DNA of 64,000 nucleotides from Schizochytrium sp. TIO01 (taxonomy: Eukaryota; Protista; Bigyra: Labyrinthulomycetes). Positions 22,496-34,563 of the stretch are shown here, one piece after another. The stretch's first letter is position 1; every line of letters begins with the position of its first letter. The notes beneath the pieces were generated by a model that worked only from the letters and a program-made list of their open reading frames with translations, made no database searches and was not told where the DNA came from. Made by a program: the position numbers and the translations under genes. The DNA lies in NCBI GenBank assembly GCA_004764695.1, contig SMSO01000014.1:4660845-4724844 (forward strand), given 5' to 3'.

Positions 22496-24731
22496 CTGCT
22501 TGAGGGCTGCAGCCGCACTGGCTGCGCCGGAGGGACGCATTTCCAGCTGCATTGCAGGATGGGCGTCTACGCATTCTTGGAATTAATTACATTCAGATTG
22601 AAATTTCGAAATTTACCCAAAGCGCCTCGCCAACATTCGAATTACATGGAAGCGCTGCGCGGTTTATTCGTGTGCGGCGACTGCATGATCAAGGTACGAT
22701 AGCGATAGCGCGCCTTTTGAGACACGAACAGCGCGAATGGACTTTATAATCAATCTCGCTGTTCAGCCGCCCAAATCTGCCTCAGGAATGTGTGTTGTTC
22801 ACCTTCTGTTGGATTGTGCAATCAATCAGTCAGTCACCTTTATTTTCAAAATTCACAGAGAACGGCCGCGCAGATAATAGAGGGCGAGTCATAAGAGGGA
22901 ACCACCCAAAGAACGCGAGAGGACCGATGGATTGTGGGAAATCAACCGTCAATCCAAATGTCATCACTTGAGAAGCTGTCAGAAAGCTATGAATAGCACT
23001 GGTCGTGCATACATGCCACCAAAACCCATCAATGTGTCACGCAAAACCGCCTCTGCCCGAGCCTCAGTTGGTCCTATTGAATGCGCGACGTGCTTCATCA
23101 TTTTGAACCCGAATTTGAGCCAAAATTCGAAATTTCAAGATACAGATTAATCAACTAATCTTGCCTAAACCTTTATCAAGTTAAGCACCAGAGATGGTCT
23201 ACGCAGCCTATGGATCAGTTGTAAACGAGTTTTCCCGCTGCTCGTCTGTGGCATTATAGCTCACCAATCAGCAGTATCAAACAGATGGGTTGTTTCTCTA
23301 TGCGATAGACTGATTGACTAAATCTACATGCTCGGCGTTCTCAATATTTTTTTCTCGAAAGATTTTGTTTTAATAAAAGTATTACATTGAAAATACAAAA
23401 GCACGTATTAATTCTATCTCTAACTGTCTGAGGATAGATTCTTCTGACTTTCGTTTTTAAAACGCAGAGCTTGTGCTGTGAACTTTTGGGTGAGTGGGTA
23501 CGGGTACCTACCTACCTACTGTAGAGAGCGATGCCAGGAAAACAACCCGTGAACAAACCATCGTGTTTTCCAGCGTTTATCCAAGTCTTGAGCATCGCTG
23601 AAGTGCCCAACTTGAAGACTGACAGTATCCAGATCCCTTAGAAAGAAAGTAACCCAATCAATACATACATCAATCAACAACAAATATACCTATCTATACC
23701 TGGTAGCTGACTATTTGTTTATTTGCTTGTTCACACTAAAACACCCGTTCATGAAAGTTGTTTCCCAAATACACGATGATCGATAGGCATTCATTTCAAA
23801 AGTCGAAAAAGCCATTGCAAAAGCCAAGAAGAGTCGGCATACGGACTAACGTGAAGCCAAAGTCTGCTTTCTTTCTTTCACCATAGTACTCTTGGAACCT
23901 TCCTACCTACCTCATAATAAAAGAAAGACGAGCACGGTCCCTGTTTTCTTCGCACTTTCTCTCTTTTCTTCTCTCTACCCTTCTACTAAGCAAGCAAGCA
24001 AGCAAGCGTCTCCGCTAGGACTCTGCTACCTCCCCGCTGGGAGACCCAGATCCTCTGTCTCCAGTGGGTGTACGGAATTCGCGGATTCGTACTTTATTTT
24101 ACCGAAAGGCAACTCGCGGGTTGGCCCCGGGCTCTGAAAACAACGCCAACGATATCTTTTCTAGAGAGACGAGTACTGAGGGGAATTTCCAAGCGTATGT
24201 TGTGTACATAGTATAGAGCGTATGTCTGTCAGTCTGTCTGTTGATTGTAGTGGGCAAAGCAGAGGAAAGAAAGCTTCGCTTCAAGGCAGGCTTCTGAAGG
24301 TCTTTGATGGATGGATGGATTGATCGATTGATCGATCGATTGACGATGGGTCGGCTCAGTCGGATACGCATCAAAGCAAACGATCATCGAATCAAAGAAG
24401 GGAAGAAGGGAAGAAAGCAACAGCATCGACGGAGATCCAAGAAGATGACCAGAAATGGAAAGCGAGAAAGCAGGAAATCCGCCTCCTTCATTTCAAACTT
24501 TAGTTTCCTCTGCATAATATATGGCGCCTTCTTTTCTTCCTCTCCCCGTTGTTTCCTTATTTCTTTATATCTCTTTTTTTTCTTTTTTTTTTTTAATTTT
24601 GTCTCTTTGTGGGTACGTAGGTATGTTGGCCAGGGAACGAACAGAATCATCGAAGCCACGCGCTCTTCTCCAACATTATTAAGGCATCGGCTGGCAGCTT
24701 GAAGGCTTAGCCAACTAACTACCTCTCAGGA

Positions 24732-24929
24732 ACAAACAGACAAACAAACAAACAAACAAACAAACAAACAAACAAACAAACAAACAAACAAACAAACAAA
24801 CAAACAAACAAACAAACAAACAAACAAACAAACAAAAAAACAAAAAAACAAACAAACAAACCCGCGAATCCTCGAACAGCGAACAGCAAACGCGAAGGCA
24901 GCCGCTTCGGCATCTTTTGCCACCACACC

Positions 24930-24980
<51 letters not shown>
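24732..24980. repeat. (AAAC)n 24732-24860 and (GATT)n 24932-24980 microsatellites
   Basis: Direct reading. Confidence 0.95.
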
Positions 24981-24981
<1 letters not shown>

Positions 24982-27830
24982 GATTAATTGATTAATTACT
25001 GGTTCACTCGATGATTATTTCTTTGCTTTCTTTCACTCCAAAAAGCAGCACAACTTGAAAAGGTCGATTCCAATTTTACTTCAGCCTTCTTTCAAGAGAA
25101 AAAGAAATATGTAATCATCACCTCTCCACAAGTACGTATAATTAAACAGCCTTACCTTCGAAACGAAAACAAAATTTTCCATGTCTATATTTCCATGCCA
25201 TCTTATTTTAAAAATAATACTTCGATGATCATCTGAAAATGTAAGCGAACAAGACATGATGAAAGAAATAAACACCTAAGTCTGCCCTGAAAAGCCGAGG
25301 GAGGCTGCTGCTCTCTTGTTGAGCAGGCGGCCTAAGCGAGCGCCGGTCCTGGTACATACACAGATCCAGCGCCCTTCTGACGCCACCACCACCTCTGCGG
25401 TCCGTATGCCTCGTATGCGCCTCTTCTGATCAGTTCATCGCTTGCCTTTCTTTCTTTCTTTTTCTTTCTTTCTTTCTTTCTTTCTTTCTTTTATCTGTCT
25501 TTCTGCAGCAATCAACGATTGATGAAGAGCTGGCTTTTGATTGCTTTGCTTAATTACTTTGTTTGTCTATGTATTTTAAATATTCAGTCAAGTTTATTCC
25601 AAAACTATTCTTACCTTTTAAATTGTTTTTTAAACCTTGGTTGAATATGTATATGTATGTATATACATTTGTACATGGTAATTATCTCCCGATTCCATCA
25701 GTCTACACCGAAGCCTGTGGAACAGACAGCTCTTGAGAAGGAAAGGAAGAAAGAGGTGGCGAACACACTGCTTGCTAATGGAACGAAATGACCCCAATGG
25801 GTGAGTGAGTTAGTTTGGCGGAGGAACTCGAAGGATGCGTGCGTGGCGATCAGAATTGGCGCGGCCAGGGCAAGGCCAAAGTTCTTGGATACCGTCATTC
25901 GCTCGTTGTCCCATGCATTGCTTCTCGTGCCTGTCTGCCTGCCTGCCTGCCTGCCAAGATAGGTGGAAGCTAGGTCATCACCAATCCCCCGCTCGCAGCT
26001 ATTTTGGAGTTTTCCAAGGCATTGCATTGCATTACATTGAATTACATTGAATTACATGGGTTTGCATTACATCCTAACGCAAAGTCCAAAGATATTCCTC
26101 GTTCCCTGCAGTAACCTTTGGCAACTTCGAGAATGAGCTGTCGATCTTCGAGCGGGGCTCTTCGTGGTTCACTCGCAGCAGCAGCAGCAGCAGCAGCAGC
26201 AGCCCATGGCTGTCCTGCCAAAGCCGAGCACGATTCACCATCGGCTGCTTCGTAGCGTACGAATAAATATCCATTCGTCCATCCATCCGCAGATCGATCT
26301 TCAACTTCTTCGAAGCAGACTTTGTCCTTCGCACGTCATTCATGAAGTCGAAGATCCATATTTCTGCAGTGAGCCAGAATGGCGGAGATACCTACTACTA
26401 CCACACCTCCTACAGTAAACCATAGGCCGCGCTAATGATACCGCTGCGATTAGGAAGATCAGGACGAAAACATAGCCAAGCTCTGAAAATTGGATCCGAC
26501 GCTGGTTTTCTTTTTATCTTCTGTGTAAGCACTCTTAGGCAGGTACCAAATTGGTAGGCAGCATGCTTGCTTGCTTAGTAGTGCAGTAAAGATAGTTAGA
26601 CACTTTTACAAAGTAGGTATTTTGTATATCTGCTTTTCTTTTTCTTTTTCTTTTCTTTTTTCTGTTCGAACAAGGACTGACTGATGAGGAGCGGCCTTTT
26701 CCAGACGCGTGCACTTTGCCGCGTGAGGCCGGCGCTGAGAGTTATCTGATCGGGCGAAGGGAGTCGTGGAGGAGGTTTCGTGGCCCTTCCCGCTCTTCCT
26801 TTAGCTCTCCCGAGTTGTTGCGTCCTTTTCCACACCAGTTTCCACACGAGGCTTGAAGATGTGCATCCTTGTGAAAGCTTGTAATCATTTTGTCAATGTC
26901 GTCTCTTTTTTCTTTCCTTTCTTTTCTTTTAATTTAATCATCTTAAAAAGTTTCATTTAAAATTGTTTACTGCTTTTTAACAAAATGAAACTGGAAAAGT
27001 TGCTTTCAATCTACTTTCTTTTAAAGAATGCTTTTGTTATCTTCTTCCTCATTGAAATTTATTTTTATAATTTTTATTGATTGTAAAATTTTCTCAAGGA
27101 AAAGAAAAAAAAAAAAAAAGGAAAAAAAAAGCAGTAAGCTCTGCTAACTAACTCTCCCCCAACATAGTACAAAAGAGACCTTAGTTTTTTTATTTTTAAA
27201 CTACTACTTAACAGGCCCTATATATTATTACTCTAGCTCTGGTAGGTACTTAGTGAGTGATCTCGCGGCAGATCCAGGATTTGTTTTCTGGTGCGAGTTC
27301 GCGAACGGCATAGGATTAGCTACCCCCTCGCTAGGACCCAAACATCCTGCTTGCTCACTATCTTCGGAACCCGCTCGAAGATGGACGAGCGAGACGAAAC
27401 GCGTGCGCATAATCCTTTCAATCGGGTAACTAACAAACTAACAAACTAACTCTAACCAACTAACTGATTGATGATTGATTGATTGATCGATCGATTGAAT
27501 GATTGACGGGGTAACTAACTATAAGTTGAGGCAGCTAGATCTTCAATCAAAAGCCAGTCTTGACTTGAGTTGAATGCCCATTTACATTCGATTACTCCGT
27601 CCGAAACCGACCGTCGGCGATGCCTGCGCCCGCCTCGCTTTGCTTTCCGCTGCTCCTTCCACCTCCTCAGAGGATTAGATTATTCCGCCATCGACTGTTT
27701 GGTCGTTTGATTCGCTCCCTGATCCATTTCCTCGCTCCTTCAACAGATTGGGCCCAGAAAGGCGAGGCTTGGCGCGTATCGTTGACTCTACTGTAAACTC
27801 TACCGCCCTCTCTCCAGTGCTGGCGATTTA

Positions 27831-27887
27831 TTTGTTTGTTTGTTTGTTTGTTTGTTTGTTTGTTTGTTTGTTTGTTTGTTTGTTTGT
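27831..27887. repeat. (TTTG)n microsatellite
   Basis: Direct reading. Confidence 0.95.
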
Positions 27888-28996
27888 CTTGGTTGGCAAA
27901 ACGTCTCCTACCAAATCGATACACTCAAATTCAAGTTCAACTTTCTTTCGATCGACCAACCGAACCGATCGCCGTTCGGGAGGTCTGCGCGGACAGACAC
28001 AAAGACAGACTAAGTGCACCGCCTTGGGAGCGATGGGCGCCTTTTCGATATCTTTCTCTGATAGGTCCTTCTTCTTCTTGTTGTTGTTCTTGGAGCTCAA
28101 AAAAGCAGCAGCAGCAGTGAGACTTTCCTTTCTGCAGCTGCTTCTTTCCCTGTTCTCTCTCTGCCCCTCTGTTACGAAAAACCCTAGCGCCACCGAACTC
28201 TCTAGTTATAGACACCGTGACGGATACGCTTTGCAAGTTGCAGATTTCTTCTCAAAGTGAGCGTCCTGGAACTTGGGTCCTCGCTTTGAAAGAAATCGTC
28301 GGCCAACCGCCCTGTATTACCCACCCCCCTTCCCCCTCTTTATCCTTCCCTCATTCATGATAACAGACACACAAACAAACAAACAAACAAACAAATGATG
28401 GATGAATGAATGAATGAACTAAATCATTAGTTTGCTGATCCAAATTCTTCTTCGAAAGAACACCCAGCTACGGCAGGTCCGCTTTCCGCCTCTGCAAAAT
28501 CACTCGTGATCGAGATACCCCTACTCCTAGACGCTAGCTAGCTAGCTCTAGCTAGGCGTAAGCATGCATGTAAGAATGTATGTAAGTAAGTATGTATGTA
28601 AATATGTTTGAAACGATGTTTGAAACGATGTATGTTCGAAGTATGTGCTTGCGCCCTCTGTTCAGAGGGACCTCCTCCTTCTTCCACTGTTAGCTCCGGG
28701 TTTCCATCCGAGCTCGCGCAGCGGCGAACGAATGCACCTGCGCGATTCTGCGATAGCTTGGCCTTCTTGCTCGAGCGTGCCGAACTCGAGTTGAGCCGGT
28801 GTCAGACGGTCCGAGCTGCCGATTACGCGGCCATGGCAGCTGCCAAGACGTCTGAAACAGTCCGCACGCACATGCATTCTTGGTTGAACCCGACTGCAGA
28901 CCTAGCAGCGCCGTAGCTGCGCTTAGCCGCAGCGGCACCATCGCAGTATCATCCGCACTGCAATATCCTGTTTATCAATTTACCCGCAATCCAGTA

Positions 28997-29068
28997 CAGT
29001 CAACAATGCAGTCAACAATGCAGTCAACAATGCAGTCAACAATGCAACCAACAATGCAATCAACAATG
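28997..29068. repeat. 12-bp minisatellite CAGTCAACAATG x6 (4 exact, 2 variant)
   Basis: Direct reading. Confidence 0.95.
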
Positions 29069-31784
29069 AACAATGGAATACAATCATCAATCACTTCTCT
29101 GTTACTGCCGCCCAAAATCAAAAAGTCGGCCGTAGCAGCAGGGCATACGAGCACATAGGCGCTTCCTAAATCAGCGAGGCGAACTAGCAGGAGTGCCTAG
29201 CAGTATCTTCTGGATCTGCCCACACTTTTAAAGGCGATCTTTGCTGCTTAGGCGGAAGGACAGAGACTGCCTAAAGAGCTTGGGACTCCAGGGCGGTTTC
29301 GTTCCAAGTCGGCCACGAGGCAGTCACGAGGCCGCGCTTGGCTCTTGGCGCCGCTACTCTCCAGAGCACTCAGTCGATGCTTGCTTGCAGGCTTTTGGAA
29401 AGATCCAAGGCGCGGAAAACACGGGAACGGCATTTCTCGAGCTCGAGGCCGTAGCAAATTTCGACTAGCTGCTACAGAGGTCCCAAATAGAACGTGTGCG
29501 CGTGGCGGTCAAAACGAAGCGACCACACAGAATAGTAGTGCAAGCTTAGGAAGCTAAGGAGAGAGGAACAAAATAAATAAATAAAAAGAAAGTTTCTTTT
29601 TGCTGTAAGGTCCACTTACGTATTTGTTTTTAATGGCAGCTGCTAGTATTCCCTGTAAGTACTTTTTCAAGCAGAACCTCTACGAAAGCGACTAACCACT
29701 GTAAGATTAACTGAAGTGACATGTTGCTTGTTATATGCGTGACAGTCCAATGAAAATTTCTCGGTACGATGGACCAGAAGATATCTTTTGGACCCAACCC
29801 CCAAAAGGCTCAAGAAAGCGTAGGCCCGCTTTGCGTGTTGACCATTTTGCATCGGATGATTCGGCTTTCCGAGTCTCACTTGGACATCCCAACTTAGACT
29901 TGGAACTGAACGGGAGACGTGAAGGCGCGCCGAATTTCTCGATGATGCATTTTGCGGGTCTATAATCCTCACAGACATAAGAAGATTGTTTCCGTGAAAA
30001 CAAAATAATCCAAATCATAATCACTTTAAACTATTGTTATGAAGATCGTAAAACAGATCTTGCATACTGAGAGCTGGTAAGCTGCACCTATTCAGAATAT
30101 TCCTTTATATGAAATTTAAAGGAAAAATAATTGATTGAAGAGATCCATATTGTGATATTACAAGTGTATGTGCAATTCTGACTGTGCCCTTTTTGAAACT
30201 CAGTGCACTGACACAAGTAAGGGTATGACATGGATTGCAAGCATAGTCTATAATTTTGCAGTCGTTCTCAAGCTAAAGAACAGCGCGAACCAGGATCAGC
30301 ATTTCACTACTTGCATCTCAAAACTGCCCTGTGAAAAGAAGTCGAATTCTATCCTTTGTAAATGAAATGATGAGACTGACATTTGCACCAATTTGAACTG
30401 GATATATATTCGATTGCTCAAAGGGTTAAGAAGAATCTTCAAACGACGAGATCTTTTGACCCAGTCTTGCTACTGCATGAATTAAGCAGTTTTTCCAACT
30501 AAAAGAAATAGTCCCAGCGCCAAAAATCTCTCGCACAAGATAAACAATTCTAGCCTCGAATCACATTTTGCAATTCCAGCAGCCATGCTACAAAACTGAT
30601 TGTACGCGAAGCTGCGCGGTTTCATTCAACCTCTTAATGGCTACGGTTTGGCGTATGAGCAGTGATTTGATTAGGATTCTTTGCTCTAACAACAATCTTC
30701 GCTGGAAGAAGAAACCAGCTTTGTAGGCTGTCTTCTTTCAACTTTCATTTCGACTGCCCTTGCTTTTGTTATTCTCAGTCAAACGTTTCTCTTTTTTATT
30801 TTTTATTTTAGTTTCTTTCTAACTTTTATGACAATTCTAAATTGCAATGTCGGTAGAATGGTATGGTAGCACTCTGTTTCATTTTTCTTGGGTTGATCAA
30901 ATCAATCAAACCCTATTTTTAAACCTTCATACTAGCAACTTTTTTTCTTTTTTCTGTTTAAATAATTGAAACTCTGTTATGTTATGATAGATGTTGTTTA
31001 ATAAAATAATTAAAATTTAAAAACGTTTTTTTAAACAATTATTTTTTAACTTCTCTTCTTGAACGTTTTCTTCTTTTTTTTATTTAATAATAGAAGGCAT
31101 GAAGCTTTCATACTCAGTCACTGACTCACCAATAGGTTTCGCCTTAAACTTGAGCATAGGAGATTGACAGCTGAATTTTGAACCTTCTTCCGGAAGAGCG
31201 TGGATTGATAAGTTTGGCATACTTACACTCACTCATACATAAACTAATAAACCAATTCGCGCTCAGAGGCACTACATACTTACTTCATCAGGCAAACTGA
31301 GGCCTCCAACGCCTTCTTTTTCAGAAGGCTCTGCTCCAGCTCAGAACGCAGCTAGCTTTCTACTCACGGCCTCCGAAGAAGATTAATTAAATTCAACATC
31401 AACAACAACAATATCTACAGCAGCCTCGAAAGCTCTCTCGAGTCAGGGAAAACACAGCGCTGTCAGTCCTAAGCCCTTGTTGGGTAGGTAGGTAGGTAGG
31501 TAGTACAGCTACCGATTACACCGCCGCAAGGTGTCCTTCAAGCCCATCTTGGTTTTTCGTTCTCAAGAAAGCTTCGCAGAATCCAAGAATCTCCACCTGG
31601 AAGCCCAAGATACCCACCGTGATAATGATGATGATGGTGGTGGTGGTGGTGGTGGTGGTGTTGATGATTCATGACCGTGCTCTGGACCAAGAACTAATCG
31701 AGTTCTTGGACAACTGCTGCCGCCGCTGCTGCTGGATGTAGCAGAATGAAACTCACGGTACTTGCTTCGTTAGTTAGTTATTTA

Positions 31785-31860
31785 CTTATTTAGTTAGTTG
31801 TTTATTTAGTTAGTTGTTTATTTAGTTAGTTGTTTATTTAGTTAGTTGTTTATTTAGTTG
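31785..31860. repeat. 16-bp minisatellite TTTATTTAGTTAGTTG, about 5 copies
   Basis: Direct reading. Confidence 0.9.
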
Positions 31861-34431
31861 GTTAGTTGCTCTTGTAAAGTAAACCGATGTGCCTTACTTC
31901 GCACATATGCTAACATAGCAGAGCCCGCGAGCGCGAGCAAAGCCGGGGAAAGAAGGCCTTCCTTGAAGCCTCTCGTTCAGAAAGGTCGCAGAATAAGTTG
32001 CTCCAAATCGTTCAAGAAAAAGCGAGGATGGAATCAAGCAAGCAAGCAAACAGGCTGAGAGATACGTACTACATTCACGCATGCCCAACGCTAAGTGATT
32101 CCAGCTCCTTCTTCTTCTCCAAGGATCGATTGATGATCAATCGACTGCTGCCTTTCACTGGGAATCAGGAACTCAACAAATGACATGAGGAATGGCTTAC
32201 TAGGAGAGATGAATTCTACTTAGTGACTATGGTAGAGAGACAGTCATTCTGATGAGCAGACAGACCGTCAGGAATCGAGTGGAATCGAAGCCTACGAGTT
32301 CCGGAGGACTCCAAGCCAAGCCAAGTTTAGCTTGCGCCTCTTTCCTCAGCACGCGTGGCACGGCCTGTCCGTGCGAGTATCATTCGCCTGCCTCGCAATA
32401 ATTCCGTACGCCGTGTATGATGATGGTCCAAGTGCTGCGAGAACGGCGCTGTTCAATCTATGTGGCGAACGTGCTCTGCGAGAGAGCAAAGTTTAGAGAC
32501 GAAGCGAATGAGCCCTCATTCATTGGGCTCAAGTGCACATAAGTCACAAGCTCTGCGACGGCCTGTGAACTAACTAACTATCTATCGCAGAATCGCGGAA
32601 CCCGTTTCTGCAAACAATTCCACAGACGGCTCGCGCCCCTCAAGACTTTTCCCAGCTCGCTCAAGCCGGCCAAGCAGACCACGCGAAACCAGCGTAACCA
32701 AGCGAAGCTCGCTCCAGGATCACCCACGCCGGCCTCACTCGCGAGGTCTTCATCGATGTCCGCTGTCTCCTCCAGGCTTATTTGCTTGCTTGCTTGCTTG
32801 CTCGCCATCCCAAGCTGCTGCTCGTGCTCCCTCCTAAGCCCTTGGGAACCGAGCGCGAAGCTGAAGATCTCATCTCCTCTACCCTAGCAAAAGCCGAGGC
32901 CAGCTCACGAACCGCTCACGGCGCAGAATCAGGCGCCGTGAATCGTGGTGAGTCCATTATGGACCGCGATCGATGGAGAAGTATCATCCTTGATCTGTTG
33001 GCGGATGGCGGAAGTGGCCATCGCCAACAACTTCGTGCCGCTTCCACCAGCTCGAACCCAGCTTCCGCCAAGCTTTCCTCTCCCATGTTATCTCTCTGTC
33101 TTATTACCTATTGTCTATTCATCTCTATATCTTATTATCTATCTATCTCTTTATCCATCTACGTATCTATCTATGTGTGTATGTATGTATCTATATGTAT
33201 GTATGTATGTGTTGTAGAGTTAGTTCGAGAGAGCAGCTGAGGCAATAGACGAACGAAAATCAGCGCGTGTTTTACTCCTCCAGGGGGCTTCCAGATCGGA
33301 TTATCGATGAAGAGGCAGCTTTTCGAATTGGGGAAGTAGAACTAACTAGTACTATTCACTTTCGACTTGAACTTGAACTTGAACTTGAACTTTGCTTGCT
33401 TGCTTTCTTCTTTCTTTTCATCTTCCACTGCGAAGAATCAGAGACCCTCGTTTTATTTGTTTTCCTCTTTCTTCAGTTTCTTCTTCTTTTATTTTGTTTT
33501 TACTTTTAAGTTTAAAAAAATAAAAAATAAAAAAAAAAGGCATCTATGCGAATCCAGCAATGCTTTTAGCTTCTTTCTTTCTTTCTTTTTTCTTGCAAAG
33601 GGCGCCACCTCTGTGTCTATAAACAAAATCGTAGATAAATAAATACTTTTTCAATCAAAACTTCACTCCTTGTTTTATTGTTTGTTTGTTTGTTTGTTTG
33701 CTTTACATGTTAATGTTTCGTGATCAAAACATTTTAAAAGTAAAAGTGTTTCTCTTGTTGAGACGTGGAAAGAACAATGGGGAAAGAAAGGGGGGGAGGG
33801 GCGAAATTCGCGGGTCCGAAACCCAAAAATAGTTTTCATTTATTTTCAAAAATAAATGAAAACCTTTTCCTGCTGCGACGCATTTTCAGAAGGGAAGGAG
33901 ACAGCGACAGACGGTCTTTTGAGTTATTCGTTTGTTGAGAGCGAATGAAGCGCACAACCCCTTCTTCTTCTTCTTCTTCTTCTTCTTCTTCTTCTTCAAG
34001 TTCTTCAAGTTCTTCAAGTTCTTCGTTTTGTTTGTTTATTTATTTATCCATACATCATCTGGATCACTGATTGACAGTGCAGCAATCTTATTTTGAGGCA
34101 TCTACTTAAACAATCAATTCAACTCAATTCAACTCAATTCACTCAATTCAACTCAATTCAACTCAATTCGGTAGTGCCGATTGTGCATTAATTGCAAACA
34201 CCAGCTGACTTGAGCTCAACTTCACTGCTGCAGCGAGGTACCTGATCGTAGCTAGGCCGTCTACAGTGTGCAGTACTACGTAGTAGCGGTGGTGGTGGTA
34301 GCAGCATTTCAAGACAGGGCTTCTTTCTCATCTTTCTCATGACGTACAGAAAGATAGATAAAGAGATAGATAAAGAGATAGAGAGATAGAGAGATAGATA
34401 CATGGATAGAACGAGAATGGTCGATCTCCAA

Positions 34432-34563
34432 TTGCGTGAGCGGAGGGTGTCTTCGGGTTTCCTTCCCTCTGGAGACCTCCACTGATGAGGTGGTCAGGCC
34501 TCGGAGGAGACGCGGGCACAGGCCGCAGAGGGCGGGGAAGGAAGGCGAGGACCTCCGACGCAA
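34432..34563 (+). other. 132-nt rod-like imperfect inverted repeat (candidate structured RNA)
   Basis: Collinear helices TTGCGT/ACGCAA, CGGAGG/CCTCCG, TCTTCG/CGAGGA, TTCCTTCC/GGAAGGAA and CCCTCTG/CAGAGGG (the last two share bases on the 5' arm). The strand is assigned only from G-U compatibility. Confidence 0.55.

Noticed and set aside
22370-22702. 110-aa ORF MGNPYMW...
   Set aside because: No domain and no codon bias, and it spans a perfect palindrome; better treated as non-coding.
26681-26750. CTGATGA core suggesting a hammerhead ribozyme or C/D snoRNA (also near 32249 and 34483)
   Set aside because: No GAAA after a stem II and no stems I/III. No terminal stem or recognisable rRNA guide for a snoRNA.
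26723-32738. 12-nt complement GTGAGGCCGGCG / CGCCGGCCTCAC, and CGCCGGCC twice at 9458 and 9473
   Set aside because: A single GC-rich 12-mer match across more than 20 kb is not beyond chance.
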